Notes under the pieces: generated by a model
The model's input: only the letters and a program-made list of their open reading frames with translations
Database searches by the model: none
Told to the model about the DNA's origin: nothing
Shown: in pieces, positions 50,801 to 63,700 of the stretch
Numbering within the stretch: position 1 is the first letter of the stretch
How the letters are laid out: every line of letters begins with the position of its first letter
Translations under genes and position numbers: made by a program
Assembly (NCBI GenBank): GCA_965178125.1
Contig: OZ237735.1
Span: 1,302,001 to 1,366,000 of the forward strand
Length of the DNA: 64,000 bases
Origin: Bilabrum cf. latius
Taxonomy: Eukaryota
Direction of reading: 5' to 3'

Positions 50801-53800
50801 GTCCATGCTGCGGTTCGAGCCTTCCGAGGTGAACCACGCGAACATCACGCTGCGCATGGCCCTTGACCACGAGGCTCAGGCTGAGTACGAGCTACAGCTG
50901 GTTGCAACCGACTCTGCGGACAACACGGATGTCGCGATGGTGCGCCTGATCGTCGAGGACAAGAACGAGCCGAGCGTCTTCCGGAGGGTCGAGCGTCCCG
51001 ACGGCACCACGCTGACTGCAGGTGAGGCCTTGCAGGTGCGCGAGCTGGCGACTGGAGGCACCCACGTCGGCCGCGTTGTTGCGACCGATGAGGATAGCGG
51101 CGCTTGGGGTCGCATGCAGTTCTCGCTTGATCCCGATGCCCCATCTTCTTCATTTTTCACCATCGACGACAGCGGCAACCTCAGGCTTGCCTCAGGGGCT
51201 CGTCTGGACTGGGAGGATCAGGCGGGCTTTGACGTGGTAGTCGTAGTGCGGGACTCTGACCTGGAGGCGCCCCCGATCGTGGTGAACACGACTATCAGGG
51301 TGGAGGTGCTCAACGATAACGACGTCGCCATCACCTCGATCCACGTGACCGAGTCCTCTCAGGACGGCGGTCTAGGTGCTGAAGTGGGCGTCTCGGCTGC
51401 GGGCAGCGAGGGCCGCGCCATGTACGGTCAGAGTCACGGAGAGCTCGATTCACTCTTTGCCACGCGAGGAGGGGGCGTGGTGGAGATCTGGGGGGCTTCC
51501 TTTGGCAAAACGGCGCGCCGGCTCGCGGCAGAGGGTGAGTCCAGCGCCCTGGGCCGCAACCCCACGAGCGTGTCTGCAACCTTCGGACCCAGCGGCACTG
51601 AATTCGCCGCAAATGGCTGCCTGGTTGTGGAGGCCAACACGAGGATCTAGTGCACGATACCCGAGGGATACGGCCGGGACCACTTCTGGATCGTGACGGT
51701 GAACGGCGATCAGGTGGCAAACTCGATACAGAATGTGTCATCTCGCATCTTGGCCGGCAGTGCGGACGCAAGCACCGCAGAGAGGAACCCTGAGACTGGT
51801 GCGCTGATGCCGCTGCAAAGGCTGCGCATGTCGGGTTACTTCCCGCCCGTCATCACCGCGGCTGCCTCCAGCTTTGGGGCCGCTGATGGGTCTGTGGACG
51901 GCGTGCTTCCGACTTCGGGCGGCTCCGTCAGCACTGCGGGCGACTACTCCATCGTGCTCACCGGCACGGATCTCGGACCTATCGGCAGCGAATTGCCTAA
52001 AGCCGCCCGCGACGCCATGCCTACGCAGCGCCTGCGGTACGGCGCACAGAGTGCCATGATGTCTCGCCCCGATGGTGCTGCTACCCTCAACCTGGAGACC
52101 ACCGGGTGCCAGGTATCCGTGGCGCATACCGAGATCAGGTGCGATGTGGTGCCGGGCGCAGGCCACAGCTTCGTGCTGACCGTGGATGTGGGCTAGCAGC
52201 GCTCCATGGAGTTCTCCAACACGACTCTGAGGTACATGCGGCCATCCATCACCAGGGTGTTGATGCCGCTCAAGAACGCCAGCATGCCCGAGCAGGGTGT
52301 GCAGCCCATCAACACTCGTGGCGGTGCCGAAGCAGGCCTGATCGCGATCGAGGGTACCAACCTGGGACCCGCGAGCCTTGGCCCGCAGTACGTGCTGGCC
52401 TTCTACTCGGCCAACTATGCTGAGGGCGACACGGCTGGGGTAGAGGCTGAGGCTGCCGCACCCCGCTCCCTGGACCTGCTCGCTGCTCAGCGAGAGCAGA
52501 TCGTGGACAACGACGGTTTCGTGTACCAGGCCCTTGTGTGCAGGGTGCCTGTCGAGTTTGAGCATACTGGAATGCTGTGCGAGCCCTCAGCTGGTACCGG
52601 CAGGGACCATCGATGGAAGGTGGCTGTGGCTGGACTGGCCAGCGCTGCCAGCACGGACACCACCAGGTATAGCGCCCCTGTGCTTAAGAGCGTGAGCGGG
52701 CCTGGCGCCGTGAACGCACCTACTGTTGGTGACGTTGCCATCCTGCTAAACGGCGATTTCTTCGGCCCTGTGACGCCTGTCAACGACGAGGGCGAAATCC
52801 AGGGCACCGCGGCGACCCTGCCGAGCGCCGACTACGGTCGCGTGAACGATACACATGGTCGGACGTGGCCCTACTTCGCCGGTGTGAGCTGCCGCGTGGT
52901 TGTGGCGCACGTCCAGATCGAGTGTAAGGTGGCCGAGGGCAGCGGAGACAAGCTGGTGTGGTCTGCATCGGTCGGTGGCCAGACCTCCGGGCCGCAGGAA
53001 ACCGCAATGTCCAGCTACCATCCCCCGGTTATCTCTCTGTACAAGGGACCCGGCTCTCGCCTCGCCTACACGAACGGCTCCCAGATTGTGGACATCGAGG
53101 GCAGGAACTTTGGGCCGGTCGGAACTCCTGTGGATCGTGCTCTGTATGGCAGCGAAGAGCTCGACGTGCAGTTCGACGCAACCAACTGCTACGTGCTTGA
53201 GGCACACGAAATCGTGCGATGCCTCACCGCTGTGGGTGCCGGTGAGGGCCTCCGCTGGAAGTTGACGGTGGACGTGCAGGAGAGCGTGAGCCCCACGACG
53301 TCCTACTCGCCTCCCCTCATCACCAGTTTCGAGAGCGACGCCGGCAGCTTGCCTGTGCATGAGCTCAGCACGGATGGTGGCGACTGGGTCTTGATCCGTG
53401 GGCAGAACTTTTCAGTGGCAGAGCACCTGGAGGAGGTGACCTACGGGCCTGCTGGTACCGGGTTCACCGCGCTGAACTGCTCCATCTACGAGGACCACTT
53501 CACACTGCGGTGCCTCACTGTGCCTGGCCCTCCGGGATAGGCCATGAAGTGGATCGTGCGCGTGGGTGGGCAGGCAAGCCAGCCGTCCGTTGCAGTAACC
53601 CGCTACGCGCCTCCGCGCGTGCTCAGCGTCAACCCGATCTCCGGCCAGACGAACGGTGGGCAGACAGTGGTGGTCACAGGTACCAACCTTGGGCTGGCCT
53701 GGGACACCGCAGCCGTGGGCGTCCGCTTCAACGCTGCCGGCGAGATGGACGATGAAGCGTCTCGTTCCCTGCAGGTGCTGGACTTGTCGGCGTTGCCGTC

Positions 53801-56800
53801 TGGATTCCGTGATGGCATCCCTGACGACATGCGCAGGTACCTCACTCTCTCGCGACTTGGAGGTCCGGATGGTGCCCGCCTCATGCGGGGCATCGCGCTG
53901 GCTCAGCCGGCTGGCTTCCCCTTTGATGCCGCTGACTATGATGACTCCCAGGAAGCCGCTGATGCCGCGATGGCCGCTGCCATGCTGAGGCTGCGCGAGT
54001 GGGTCGCTGGCTTGGAGCGCGTGCGCGTGAGCGACGAGCGGATCCTGCAGCACCGCGGACTGCACCAGGTTGAGTTCGAACTGCCCGAGGGCTTCGGCAC
54101 GGACCGCGAGGTGTTCCTTAGCATCGGCACGAACGAGGCTCTGTCCAACGTGGGTCTGTTTGACTTCCTGAGGCCAGCAATCGACAACATCGCCCCCGAT
54201 CGCATCCTGACCGACTTCGGCATCGACCCTGAGAGCCTCGAGGCGCAGACATCGCTGCGTGTGATCATCGAGGGTGAAAACTTCTGCAACGGCAAGGATG
54301 GCTGCGGTTCCGTGCGGATTGATGGGCTGCCCGTCGACACGTGGAGCTGGAACCACAACGAGATCGTGCTGCTGTACCGCAAGGACCCAGCAGAGTCGGC
54401 CACCAAGGAGCACACGGTGCAGGTGATCGTGGGCGGGCAGGTATCGGAGGAGGCCACCTTTGCCGAGCCCATCCCTTCCTTCGATGGCAGAAACCAGCCC
54501 AACGACTACGAGAACGTGCCTACGGATGCCGTTGATCCTGCCACCGGCAACCGTATCGTGTTCGAGATCTTCGGCGTTGCAGACCTGAACCGCGTGCCCC
54601 TGGACCAGCTCAATGTCACCATTGGCGGGCGCCAGTGCGAGCAGGTCGCAGTGAACCCGTGCCAGGAGCCGACGGACGGCCGCACGTGCTCCAGTGGATC
54701 GTGCTGCCCTGACAATACCCAGGCCACCACGTACTCGACCCTCAGCTGCCTCATGCCTCAGGGAACAGGGGCCGGAAACATCGTGCTGATCGCAGTAACC
54801 GGAGCTACCAGCCGAGAAGACAGCGGGCTCACTGTGTCCTACGGCAAGCCGCAGGTGGCTCGCGTGATCACTCTGGAGGACTACCCCGGCCTGCCCGCCG
54901 GCAGCGACCTCCTTGCCCCCGACCGCTTCTTCGACTCGGAGGCGCACCAGCAGGCGTGGCTCGACTTCGAGGCGGATGGCTCCACGGGCACACCACCAGC
55001 TTTGCCCAGGCCCCGCCGTGGCATGCCCACGTTTGGCTGCCGCGTGCGCATCGAGGGCATCAACTTTGGCACACCAGCGCTTGCTACCCCGCTGGTGGCA
55101 CTGCCCGAGGTGGAAGTGGTCCACAATGCCAGCATGGGTCACTTGCACACTCACACTGCTATTGAGGCTATGATTGGCGCCGGATCTGGCGTCGTCCGTG
55201 CCCTTACTGTCGCAGTCACCGACCAATTCTCGAACGCCCGGCGCGGCCTGAGGTACGGACAGCCGATCGTGACTGCCGTGCAACCCGAGCTGTACGTCGC
55301 AACCGACCCCGCAGGTCCGGCTCCGACCTCCGGTGACGCTCTCGTGCGCATTTCCGGTCGCAACTTTGGCCCTGCCGGCCCCGCCGATCCTACCCTGTAG
55401 GTGCAGGTGGGTGGCAGGTCGTGCGTGGTTGACGCGGTCCGTGACCCGTGGGCAGCAAACTCCCAGCATTCTTCGATGCTTTGCCGTACCCCTGCAGGGC
55501 AGGGCAGGGACCTGCCGGTGCACGTCGAGCTGGCAGGATAGTCCAGCGACATCTCCGATGAGGCACCCGCCGGCGCGCTGGTTGACTCGTCTATGCAGTC
55601 GGATGAATCCTCTCCCATCGTGAGGTACGCCTACAACCGACCCGTGGTGCGCTCCCTGATGCCAAGGTCGGCACCAACTGGCGGCCGCCGCATTGAGTTG
55701 CCCTCCGTGAATGAGACCAGAGACAACCCGTACGCCATGTGGGAGATGTACTCGTGGCTGATCGACTCGGAGGAGGTGCGTCTGGAGGATCCTGGGTCGT
55801 TCAGCAGCGACGACGATGCCATCATCGCAACGGTAGAGGGCATGGACTTCGGTCTTCAGGGCAACGCGTGGGTGGAGTTCTACGTGCCGCCGTAGTAGGG
55901 AAGTGCCTCGCGCAGACTGCAGCAGTTCGCCGATTTCACTCGTGCGCCCACTGGGCCATCCCCCGGCTTCCCGCTGTCTGCTGATTCGCTGCTGGTGGCA
56001 CCCGCCGACATGCTGGTGCACAACCACACCCACATGCGCTTCCCTATCCCTCGGGGAAGTTTCACTCAGAGCGACATGGTCATCGTGGTCTGGGTCGGCG
56101 GGCAGTCATCCGCCAACTCGCCCGAGGAGGCCGACCCGAGGGTCAGCATGGTCTTCGACCCGCCTCGCGTACACGGGGTCAAGAACTTCGAGCGAGATCC
56201 GGAGGACTGCGAGGACGTGGATCGCTGCTTTAACACGTATGATGCTGCCACTGGGACGTACACGAGGCACTGCCGCAAGGCGCCCGCCGAGTGCTACGAC
56301 ACGATCGGACAGTTCTACCTAGAGCTGGTCGGCGAGTCGTTCGGTACCGACGGTGACGTGAACGTGCGTGTCGGCGAGTGGGACTGCCCGCTCGCCGCCG
56401 ACAACGAGATCCCTGGCCGTCTGGGCTCACACTCCCACTTCCGCCTGGTGTGCCGCGCCCCAGCTGGCTACGGTGACAACCTCCCTGTGACCGTTACTGT
56501 AAACGGCAGGTCCTCTTTGGATGACCGCGTCGAGTACGTGCCCGACAGGACTGAAGATACGGGCTCTCGCATGGTGGTGGTCGAGGAGGCACCGGAGCCT
56601 CCTATCTTCGCCTATGATCCCCCTATCGTCATGGCTGTGCAGAGCTCTGAGCCCAACGCTGACGGAGACGACGTGCGAATCCGTGGGAAGAACTTTGGCG
56701 GGGAGCCTACGCTTGTAGAGATCACCATCGGTGGCCTCGAGTGCCTGGAGCCCCAGTGGCTGAACGACGGGCTGCTGCAGTGTGATGCTCAGCGCGACAA

Positions 56801-59426
56801 GGTGGGTCTCAAGAACATGACTATTCTGGCCGCTAACCGCACCGAACCGTACGTCATCTTTGACTACGAAGAGCTGATCACGTTCCAGTGTGGAAAGGAC
56901 TTCTATGGTCTCGTAGGCGAGTACTGCGTGAACTGCGAGGAGGAGCGCATCGGTGCTGTGTGCCCCGGCGGCGAGACCTACGAGGACCTGGTCACGAGCG
57001 ACGAGGGATTCTGGAGGCTGGACTTCAACATCACCAGCGGCGAGTCGATCGACACTCGGTACTGCCACCAGAGCAGGAACGAGTTCCACGAGCTGTCGGT
57101 GCTCAGGGAGCAGCAGTGCATGTACACGGCACCGTGCGAGCCTACGTGGGCCTGTGTCGGGAACAACACCTGCGCCGAGGGATACACCGCAGAGAGGTGC
57201 TCGCAGTGCGTCAAGGGCACGCATTATCGGATCGGTGGTGAGTGCAGGAAGTGCCCTGACAGGCCATGGCTTATCTTCGTGGGGATGGGAATCGCTGCCA
57301 TGATGGCAGGGACCGCTGGTTACATCCTCAACAGGAAGGGTATCAAGAACGTGCTGATCATGATCTGCGCCGACACCTTCCAGGTGCTGGCCCTGTTCTC
57401 CAACGCACGCATCCGCTGGCCCCCGGTCCTGGAGCGCTTCTTCCAGCTCCTGTCCGCCTTCAACCTGAACGTGGAACTCGCTGCCCCGGAGTGTATCCAG
57501 CCCGATGTGACCTACGAGCAGAAGTTTGCAGCCACTGTGCTTTTGCCCGTCGTGGTGGTAATTCTGTTCTTCTCAGTGTATCTGGGACGCCTGCTGTACA
57601 AGATGTGCTGCATGAGCAAGGGCAAGGAGCACCTGCACGCCCATGCGCCGCAGCTGATCAGCTCGCTCATCATCCTGTCGCGCGTGTGCTACCTGTTCGT
57701 TACCCAGGCTGCTCTCAGCACCGTGAGCTGCCTGTAGACGACTCCTCCGGACCCACAGGGAGTGACGTACATGGATGGTCTACTTGACTACCCGTGCTGG
57801 CAGCCAGGCTCCAAGCAGCTGGTCCTGTTCCCGTTCGGCATGGCAGCATTCCTGGGATACAGCATCGTGCTGCCTCTGGCCATGTTCTGGTTCGTCCGCT
57901 CCAACAAGAATTCGATCAAGCACGACCAGATCCTGCGTGCGGCAGGCACCGGCAACGACAACAAGAGCAAGCTGTACCACTTCCGCAAGACGTGGCACCA
58001 GCTCTACTACCCATTCAAGCCCGGGAGCAGCGCTTGGATGATCATGGTCATCACCCGCAAGTTCGCCATCGCCACCATTGCTCTGGTGTTCCGTGTCTCC
58101 CCGACGTACCAGATGAGTGTGCTGATGCTTGCCCTGTTCGCTGCCTTCGTGCTGCAGATCCGCCACGAGCCCTTCATGTCTCGCGGTGACTAGGGCCGCG
58201 TGATCGCCGAGCATCGTGTCAAGGTGCTGACCAGCATCGAGCACGCCCGGATCGAGTCCGAGATCCAGGCTATGCTGGAGAAGAACTACAAGAGGACGCA
58301 AAAGGTCGACGTGCTGCTCGACTCGCGCCGCTCCTCCAACCATGTCGGCGAGCAGATCGTCAAGTACCTGCTGGACTACAACCAGGTTGAGTCCTTCCTA
58401 CTTGGCTGCGGCATTCTCGTGTGCCTTGCTGCCGTCATGCTGGCCTCGAGCCGATTTGATGACGACCAGATCGACTACTACCGCAACGAGTACGACGCCA
58501 TCACGTGGGCAACTGTGCTCATCCTCGTGGTTATCGTACTGTACGCGCTGATCGTGCTGGCCCTGGACATCTACTTCGGCGTCGCGCCCGAGCATGCAGC
58601 CGCCACGTTACAGTCGTGTGGTTGCTGCAAGTCTATTGCCGAACGCGCGAACGCTCACGACGTTGCCAAGCGTGGCAAGGGCGGCAAGAAGGGCGCCGAG
58701 ATGCTGCACGACGACGGCGAGGAGGACCTGCAGATGGCCAGCAACCCGCTGATGATGCAGGCCATGAACAACGCCAGCTCGTCATCCACCGGTGTGGAGA
58801 CCGGCATCTCGATCGAGAGGCTGCTCGCCATGGAGAACCCACCCCCCAAGGAATCGTGGGCAGGCGTTCGCCTTTGGATGCGCAGCCTGCACGGATCCGT
58901 GGAGCAGCTCAAGGAGCGGCTGCACGAGCAGCAGATCGAGGCTGCGAAGGGCACCGCTGCTTCGGACGGTGCCGCCGCCGTGGCCTCTGGTGGACGCCGC
59001 CGGAAGGGCGGTGCGATCACCAAGGCTGCCGCAGCATCGGGCGGCAGCAAGCGTCGCCGGTTCGGGCAGCAGGCTCCGCGCAGTGGCAACCTGAGTATGG
59101 GAACTGGCTCCGGGAAGAAGCAGCGTTCCATGCGCTCCCTACTGAGCACTGGTCGCAAGGGTGCTCGCCTGGCGGGAGTGTCTTCGCCTTCGTCCACCCG
59201 GAGCGAGGAGGAGCAGAAGGATGAGTCCATGATGATGAACCCTCTGCAGCAGCCGGTGACCGGCGATTCCACACCACTCGCTTCCGCTGAAGCAGAGAGC
59301 AAGCGCCAGGAGGATGTGGCCAGCGCCGGGGCCGCCTCTCCTTCTGCCGCCGCGTCATCTGCTGCTGACGCTCTCGAGGAGGGCGTCAACCCGATGGCTA
59401 GGCGCATCGCCGGAAAGTCGGAGTGA
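41869..59426 (+). CDS. Giant cell-surface receptor, ~5650 aa: signal peptide - CUB - Cys-rich (GCC2/GCC3-like) repeats - ~21 cadherin repeats - IPT/TIG repeats - Cys-rich - ~9 TM helices - cytoplasmic tail. Exons 41869-41987, 42071-42106, 42196-42218, 42339-42585, 42677-42711, 42931-59426
   Basis: Thirteen ORF fragments from 42915 to 58200 share one frame, separated only by TAG (15 TAG in total). Cadherin Ca-binding motifs DxNExP, AxDxD, LD(H/Y/F)E. IPT motifs (GxNFG, VxVGGQxS). CPAGxYC repeats. CUB-like NY...CYW / FEL...C.NDY...RYCG. Signal MGLRAISLIFALIGAYLLPQASG. Ends in TGA. Confidence 0.9.
41988..42930 (+). other. Cluster of five GT-AG introns (41988-42070, 42107-42195, 42219-42338, 42586-42676, 42712-42930) with 36-, 23- and 35-nt microexons
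   Basis: All have GT(G/A)AG donors and GCAG acceptors. Phases chain consistently and yield a coherent CUB domain after a signal peptide. Confidence 0.75.
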
Positions 59427-60393
59427 GGCTGAGCCGTACTCTGGCTGATCCATTGTGCCTGAGCATGGGGCCTTTCAGAATTGTAGGGAGACTGTTCCCT
59501 CAACCATTGTGATAGTGAGGTAGGCGGGGTGCTGGGGACCGTTCTTGGCTAGGTGCTTTGTGTGAGCTCATGCCAAGGAGACGCCCAGTCCTTCGTGTGG
59601 TGGCAGCACGATTTCGCTTGCAAGTCGTGTTGTCGTCATTGGTGATTTCTGGTTTTATTGCCGCGCGCGGTTGGCTGTTCGAGTCAGTGCTGTCTGTGTG
59701 TTGTGGTAGGGTCGCTTGGATTCATAGACTCCAAGTCAGGCCCTGTCTGCGCCAGCAGTTGCGGCTGATCTGCCGGCCAGCGTTGGACCGTGGTATGTCG
59801 TGGTGTAGAAGCATGGTAAGCGAGTGAAAAGCGCTTTCTCGGAGCTGTTCACGTCGTGAACTTGGATTGCAGTTGGTGGTATTGCCGGTGAGGAGTTGCG
59901 TGCGGTTCGACTAGAGCTTAGGCGTTTGTGCCCGCTTTAGACCGGCACCCCACGTTCTTCATGGGCAATCACCCCCTCTGCAGCTGGGTTCGAAAAGCGA
60001 CTGGCTGCAACCGGTCTGCACTTTGACTTGCTGCTTGTGCTTCTTCGGCCGCGTCACCTCGGTAAATCCCCGCTTGCGACCTTGGTCGTGTAGCGTCCTG
60101 CTTCACTTTGCTAAATTGCTTGTGCTTTTACCATCTTTTCTGATAATAATCAATGTCCATAGACAGAGTCATTGTGTGGGGAAAAAATCAAATCAGTCAC
60201 TGTTGCTTTCTAATCATAACCCCATTGGCCTATGCGTCTAGTTTGGTTCCGCTGGCGGTCGCAACCGGGAATTGCGACCAAGCCAACGGATTGCTGACGC
60301 GCACACCCTCTCTGTGTTCAGGAGAGGGGCGGGGATTGGGAAAATTCAAAGCCTGCTGCAAAAGGCCTTCAGCAAACCTTGTTCTGAAACAGT

Positions 60394-63291
60394 TCAATTT
60401 AGCGCCAGCGGCACTCCTACGGCGTGCTTAGATGCAGACACCAGTACGCCATCTATATCTTCGTCTGACGATAGCGGGATCTCTAGCTCCGCACTGGACA
60501 GACCAGGTGAGCTTGCTGTCACGGTCACCGAAGTCGAAGCGGCCGGCAGCCCTCTTACGTCCCCGTTCACAGATGCGACCCGAACACCCCCTCCGAGCTC
60601 GGCAGAGCCTCCATTGATCTCAACAAGTCGCGTTCGGTGTGCCGCTGAGGTGGCAGATACCTCTGTCGATCGTAAAATGGCGCGCACCAGGCCATGGAAA
60701 GCAGAGCGGGACGAGCTCTTGGGCTACTCTAGCGAGGCTGGGTCCCCGTTGTCCACGCCGTACACCACCGCAGGTCCCGACTTGATTGCGAACGTGACAA
60801 CGTTAGATGCACCCCAGACCTGCACCCCGTTCGAGTCTACCACGGTGGCGCGCACCATGGCTGCATCCTTGCCGTCGCTCACCAGCTTACCGGTGCCAGT
60901 ACCAGTGCGTGGAACGGGTGCATCCAGCTGCAGCTCGATACGGTCTGGCTTGCCCGGCGTGATACGAGTATGTGTATCCACAGCGCTACCGCTGGCGTCC
61001 AGCCCTACGGCAGTCAGGTTGCCTGCCTCGAACGTGATCGGTCCGAAGGTCAGCTCCCCGGAGAACATGTCGCGACCAGCGGGCTTGCTGCCCACCTGCT
61101 TCCCATTCAGCAGCAGCTGCACCTAATCCACACCCTGCGCAATGACCTTTACGCTTCGAGTAGCATGCGTGCTGTTCTCTGGCCACTGGTCCGCGATGTG
61201 TACGGATGCCGTTTCGTACTGAAGAGGAGGCACACCGTGATCGACAGAGCCGTTCCGGTTTTGCAGCCACCATTGCCTGTAGAAGTACGCGTTGGACTTT
61301 GCAAATCCACTGAGATCGAACTGTCCGTAAGAACTGCTCGTCCGGGGAAACGTGTGGCCCTCGCCGTAGTAGCCGAACAGGGTCCAGGTGTAGCTGCCGG
61401 AAGTGAAGTCAAGACCGAGTGAGCTGTTCGTCTGGGATGCTGCACAGCCCGAGCTCTCGTCGCTGTAATGGTTTTTGTCCGGCCACATCTCATCCCTATC
61501 TTGCTGACAGGAGCAGCACTCGGAAGCGATGGTGGGCTTGTGGGTGAAGTTTTTGTGGAAGTCGATGAACGAAGAGGCGCCCTTGTGAGAGAAACCTTGC
61601 ACGTCGATGTCCTTCGTCTCCTCATCACCAAAGTTGCCGATCATGTTGGCAGTGGTCGTAACATGGGGCGCGTACTGCTGCATAAGCTGCTTCATCTGGT
61701 CCGCGATCGCCGGGTCAGAGCTGCATCCGTTTTCGTTGCAGAAACTCATTAGAACCACGCTCGCTCTAGCACGATCCCGCCTCAGCAAGTCGCGGAATGC
61801 GTTGTAATACTCATCACCGTCCCTGTAGTTGCGGTGCTCATCCATAACCATGATTCCTAAACGGTCTGCTACATCCAGAAGCACAGGCACGGGAGCGTTG
61901 TGTGACATGCGCCGCGCATTTCCGCCCACTGCGCGCAGCATCTGCATGCGATACAGATTGATTCTGGCAGGCACAGCCATGCCAACCCCGCCGAAGTTGT
62001 CGTGGTCACAGAACCCCCGGTGCTTGAAGCCCTATCCGTTCAATGAAAAGCCCTTAGCGGCGTCGAAGTGCACAGCCCGGATACCGAACGGCTGGTCCAC
62101 CTGGTCCACTGACTCGCCTGACGGCCCGCCGCGGAGTACCGTAGTTCGCAGTGTGTACAAGTAGGGGTCTTGGACGGACCACAGCCGCACCTGTGACACA
62201 CTCATGTTCCCAGCCACAGTGAGAACCTCGCCAGGACTCACAGACACAGCGGGATTGACTGCGAGCCCAACCGCAGAGCCCGACCCGGACGTGTCCAGCA
62301 GCTCCACCTTGAGCACGGCCTCCTGAGGCTGCGAGTAACCGGGCACGCTAGAGTTGGAGTCTAGCGTGACATCAATGGCAAATCCCACCGATGCGTCCGA
62401 TGCCCGAAGCACGGATCGCCCAGGTGTAGACCTCTCCTGGTCCAGACGAACACGCGACACATCCACCTCCGACCACGCATCCACGCCGTCAAAGTCCACG
62501 TGCAGCGGGGCCACAGCTACGAGGTTCACATCTGTGAATAGACCACCGCCCGTGTACCACCAGCTAGAAGTCTTGGTGGCATCAATGAACAGGGCCAGCA
62601 CGTTTTCATCCTCAGGGTCAGTGCCGTACTGCACACTGCTGTCGTTGTCCAGCCGGATTTGGAATGGGGTGTAGCCCTACAAGTGGTGGGCAGACTGATT
62701 TCCGTTCAAGAATGCGGTCGTGTCGTGAAACGCTCCCTCAAATCGCACGAATACGCTCTTGGTGCCTGCCAATGATCGTGGCAAAAAGAAGTGTTTTCTG
62801 TACCAAGACACATTTCGTGGGAGGAATGCATTCCCCTCAGAGTTGCTGGCGCTAAAGTTGGCGTTCTCGATCATGAAATCGTGGGGCGCGCTGACAGTGG
62901 ACCAAGCCCCGTCATTGAATCCCTTGCTGCCTGGCCAGTTCAGGTTGGGCTTGCCGGAGCTGTTCCTGCCCTGTCCGACCCACGGCGACTTGCTGTCGTA
63001 GCACTTGCTGGGCTGGCCGATCCAACAGCCACCGCCCTTGTACTTAATTGGATCGAGGTACTGCCAGACGAGACAGTCAGGGGCTGCGCAGCACGACTGC
63101 CTGCACTATTCGGCAGTGCTGGCTGCCGGCACGTCCCCTAGCCCGACGCACTACACGCCTGACCTATCAACTGGGAAGGCATCTGCAGGGCAAGAAGCGT
63201 TCATGTAGATGCCAGTGTACTGCTTCAGTCCAAAGTTGAACGCAATTATTTCGCGTGAAGCAGCGACCGTTGCAGTTGCAGTTGCGAGCAT
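60394..63291 (-). CDS. Glycoside hydrolase family 2 (beta-galactosidase-like), probably secreted, ~965 aa; start uncertain (63291, 63360, or a split ATG at 63401)
   Basis: ORFs 60394, 60724, 61123, 62032, 62677 and 63151 are in one frame joined by TAG. Motifs PHDF, WYRKHF, FEGA, GYTPF, WWYTGGGLF, LWSVQDPYLY, FGIR..FD..KGFSLNG, GGNARRMSHN, DRLGIMVMDE, CNE (acid/base), ASEC (nucleophile), GVDNGDP. Ends in TGA. Confidence 0.93.
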
Positions 63292-63700
63292 CAGCCCGAT
63301 CTTGGCGAGCCTGCGAATGAGGGCAAATTTGGATGTTGTTCTACCGCATGCTATCAACATAACATAACTATAAGTAACAGTTTAGCAAGAGAAGCTTACA
63401 TGATCCCCTGAATTGGTTTTGCGCTGTCGGAATATGACGCGCAGCCCTTCTGTGATATACATAATACGGCACGCTACTAACACTCTAGACGCGCTCCTCG
63501 CCATGGCGGCCGCCAACGTCAAGACATGGTTGAACCAGAATGGGCAGTATGACGGGGTGCCGGCAGGGGGCGCCGGATGGAACGCGAACGCTGACGCTCT
63601 CCAGGGGGAAGTGGGTCCCTCTTTCGAACAAAATATCACATCCCCCATGCACTCCAGCCGCAAGCAAATCCAGTGGATAATCCTCAAGCTGTGGATCTTA

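Noticed and set aside
53412-56033. 873-aa antisense ORF (also 46557..47990, 38007..39788, 15631..17154, 3766..4881)
   Set aside because: Shadow ORFs opposite well-supported genes, expected from GC3-rich codon usage; no recognisable motifs.
59427-60393. Possible small gene or RNA gene in the ~1-kb convergent gap
   Set aside because: Only short unrecognisable frames even with TAG read as Gln; no tRNA or rRNA structure recognised.
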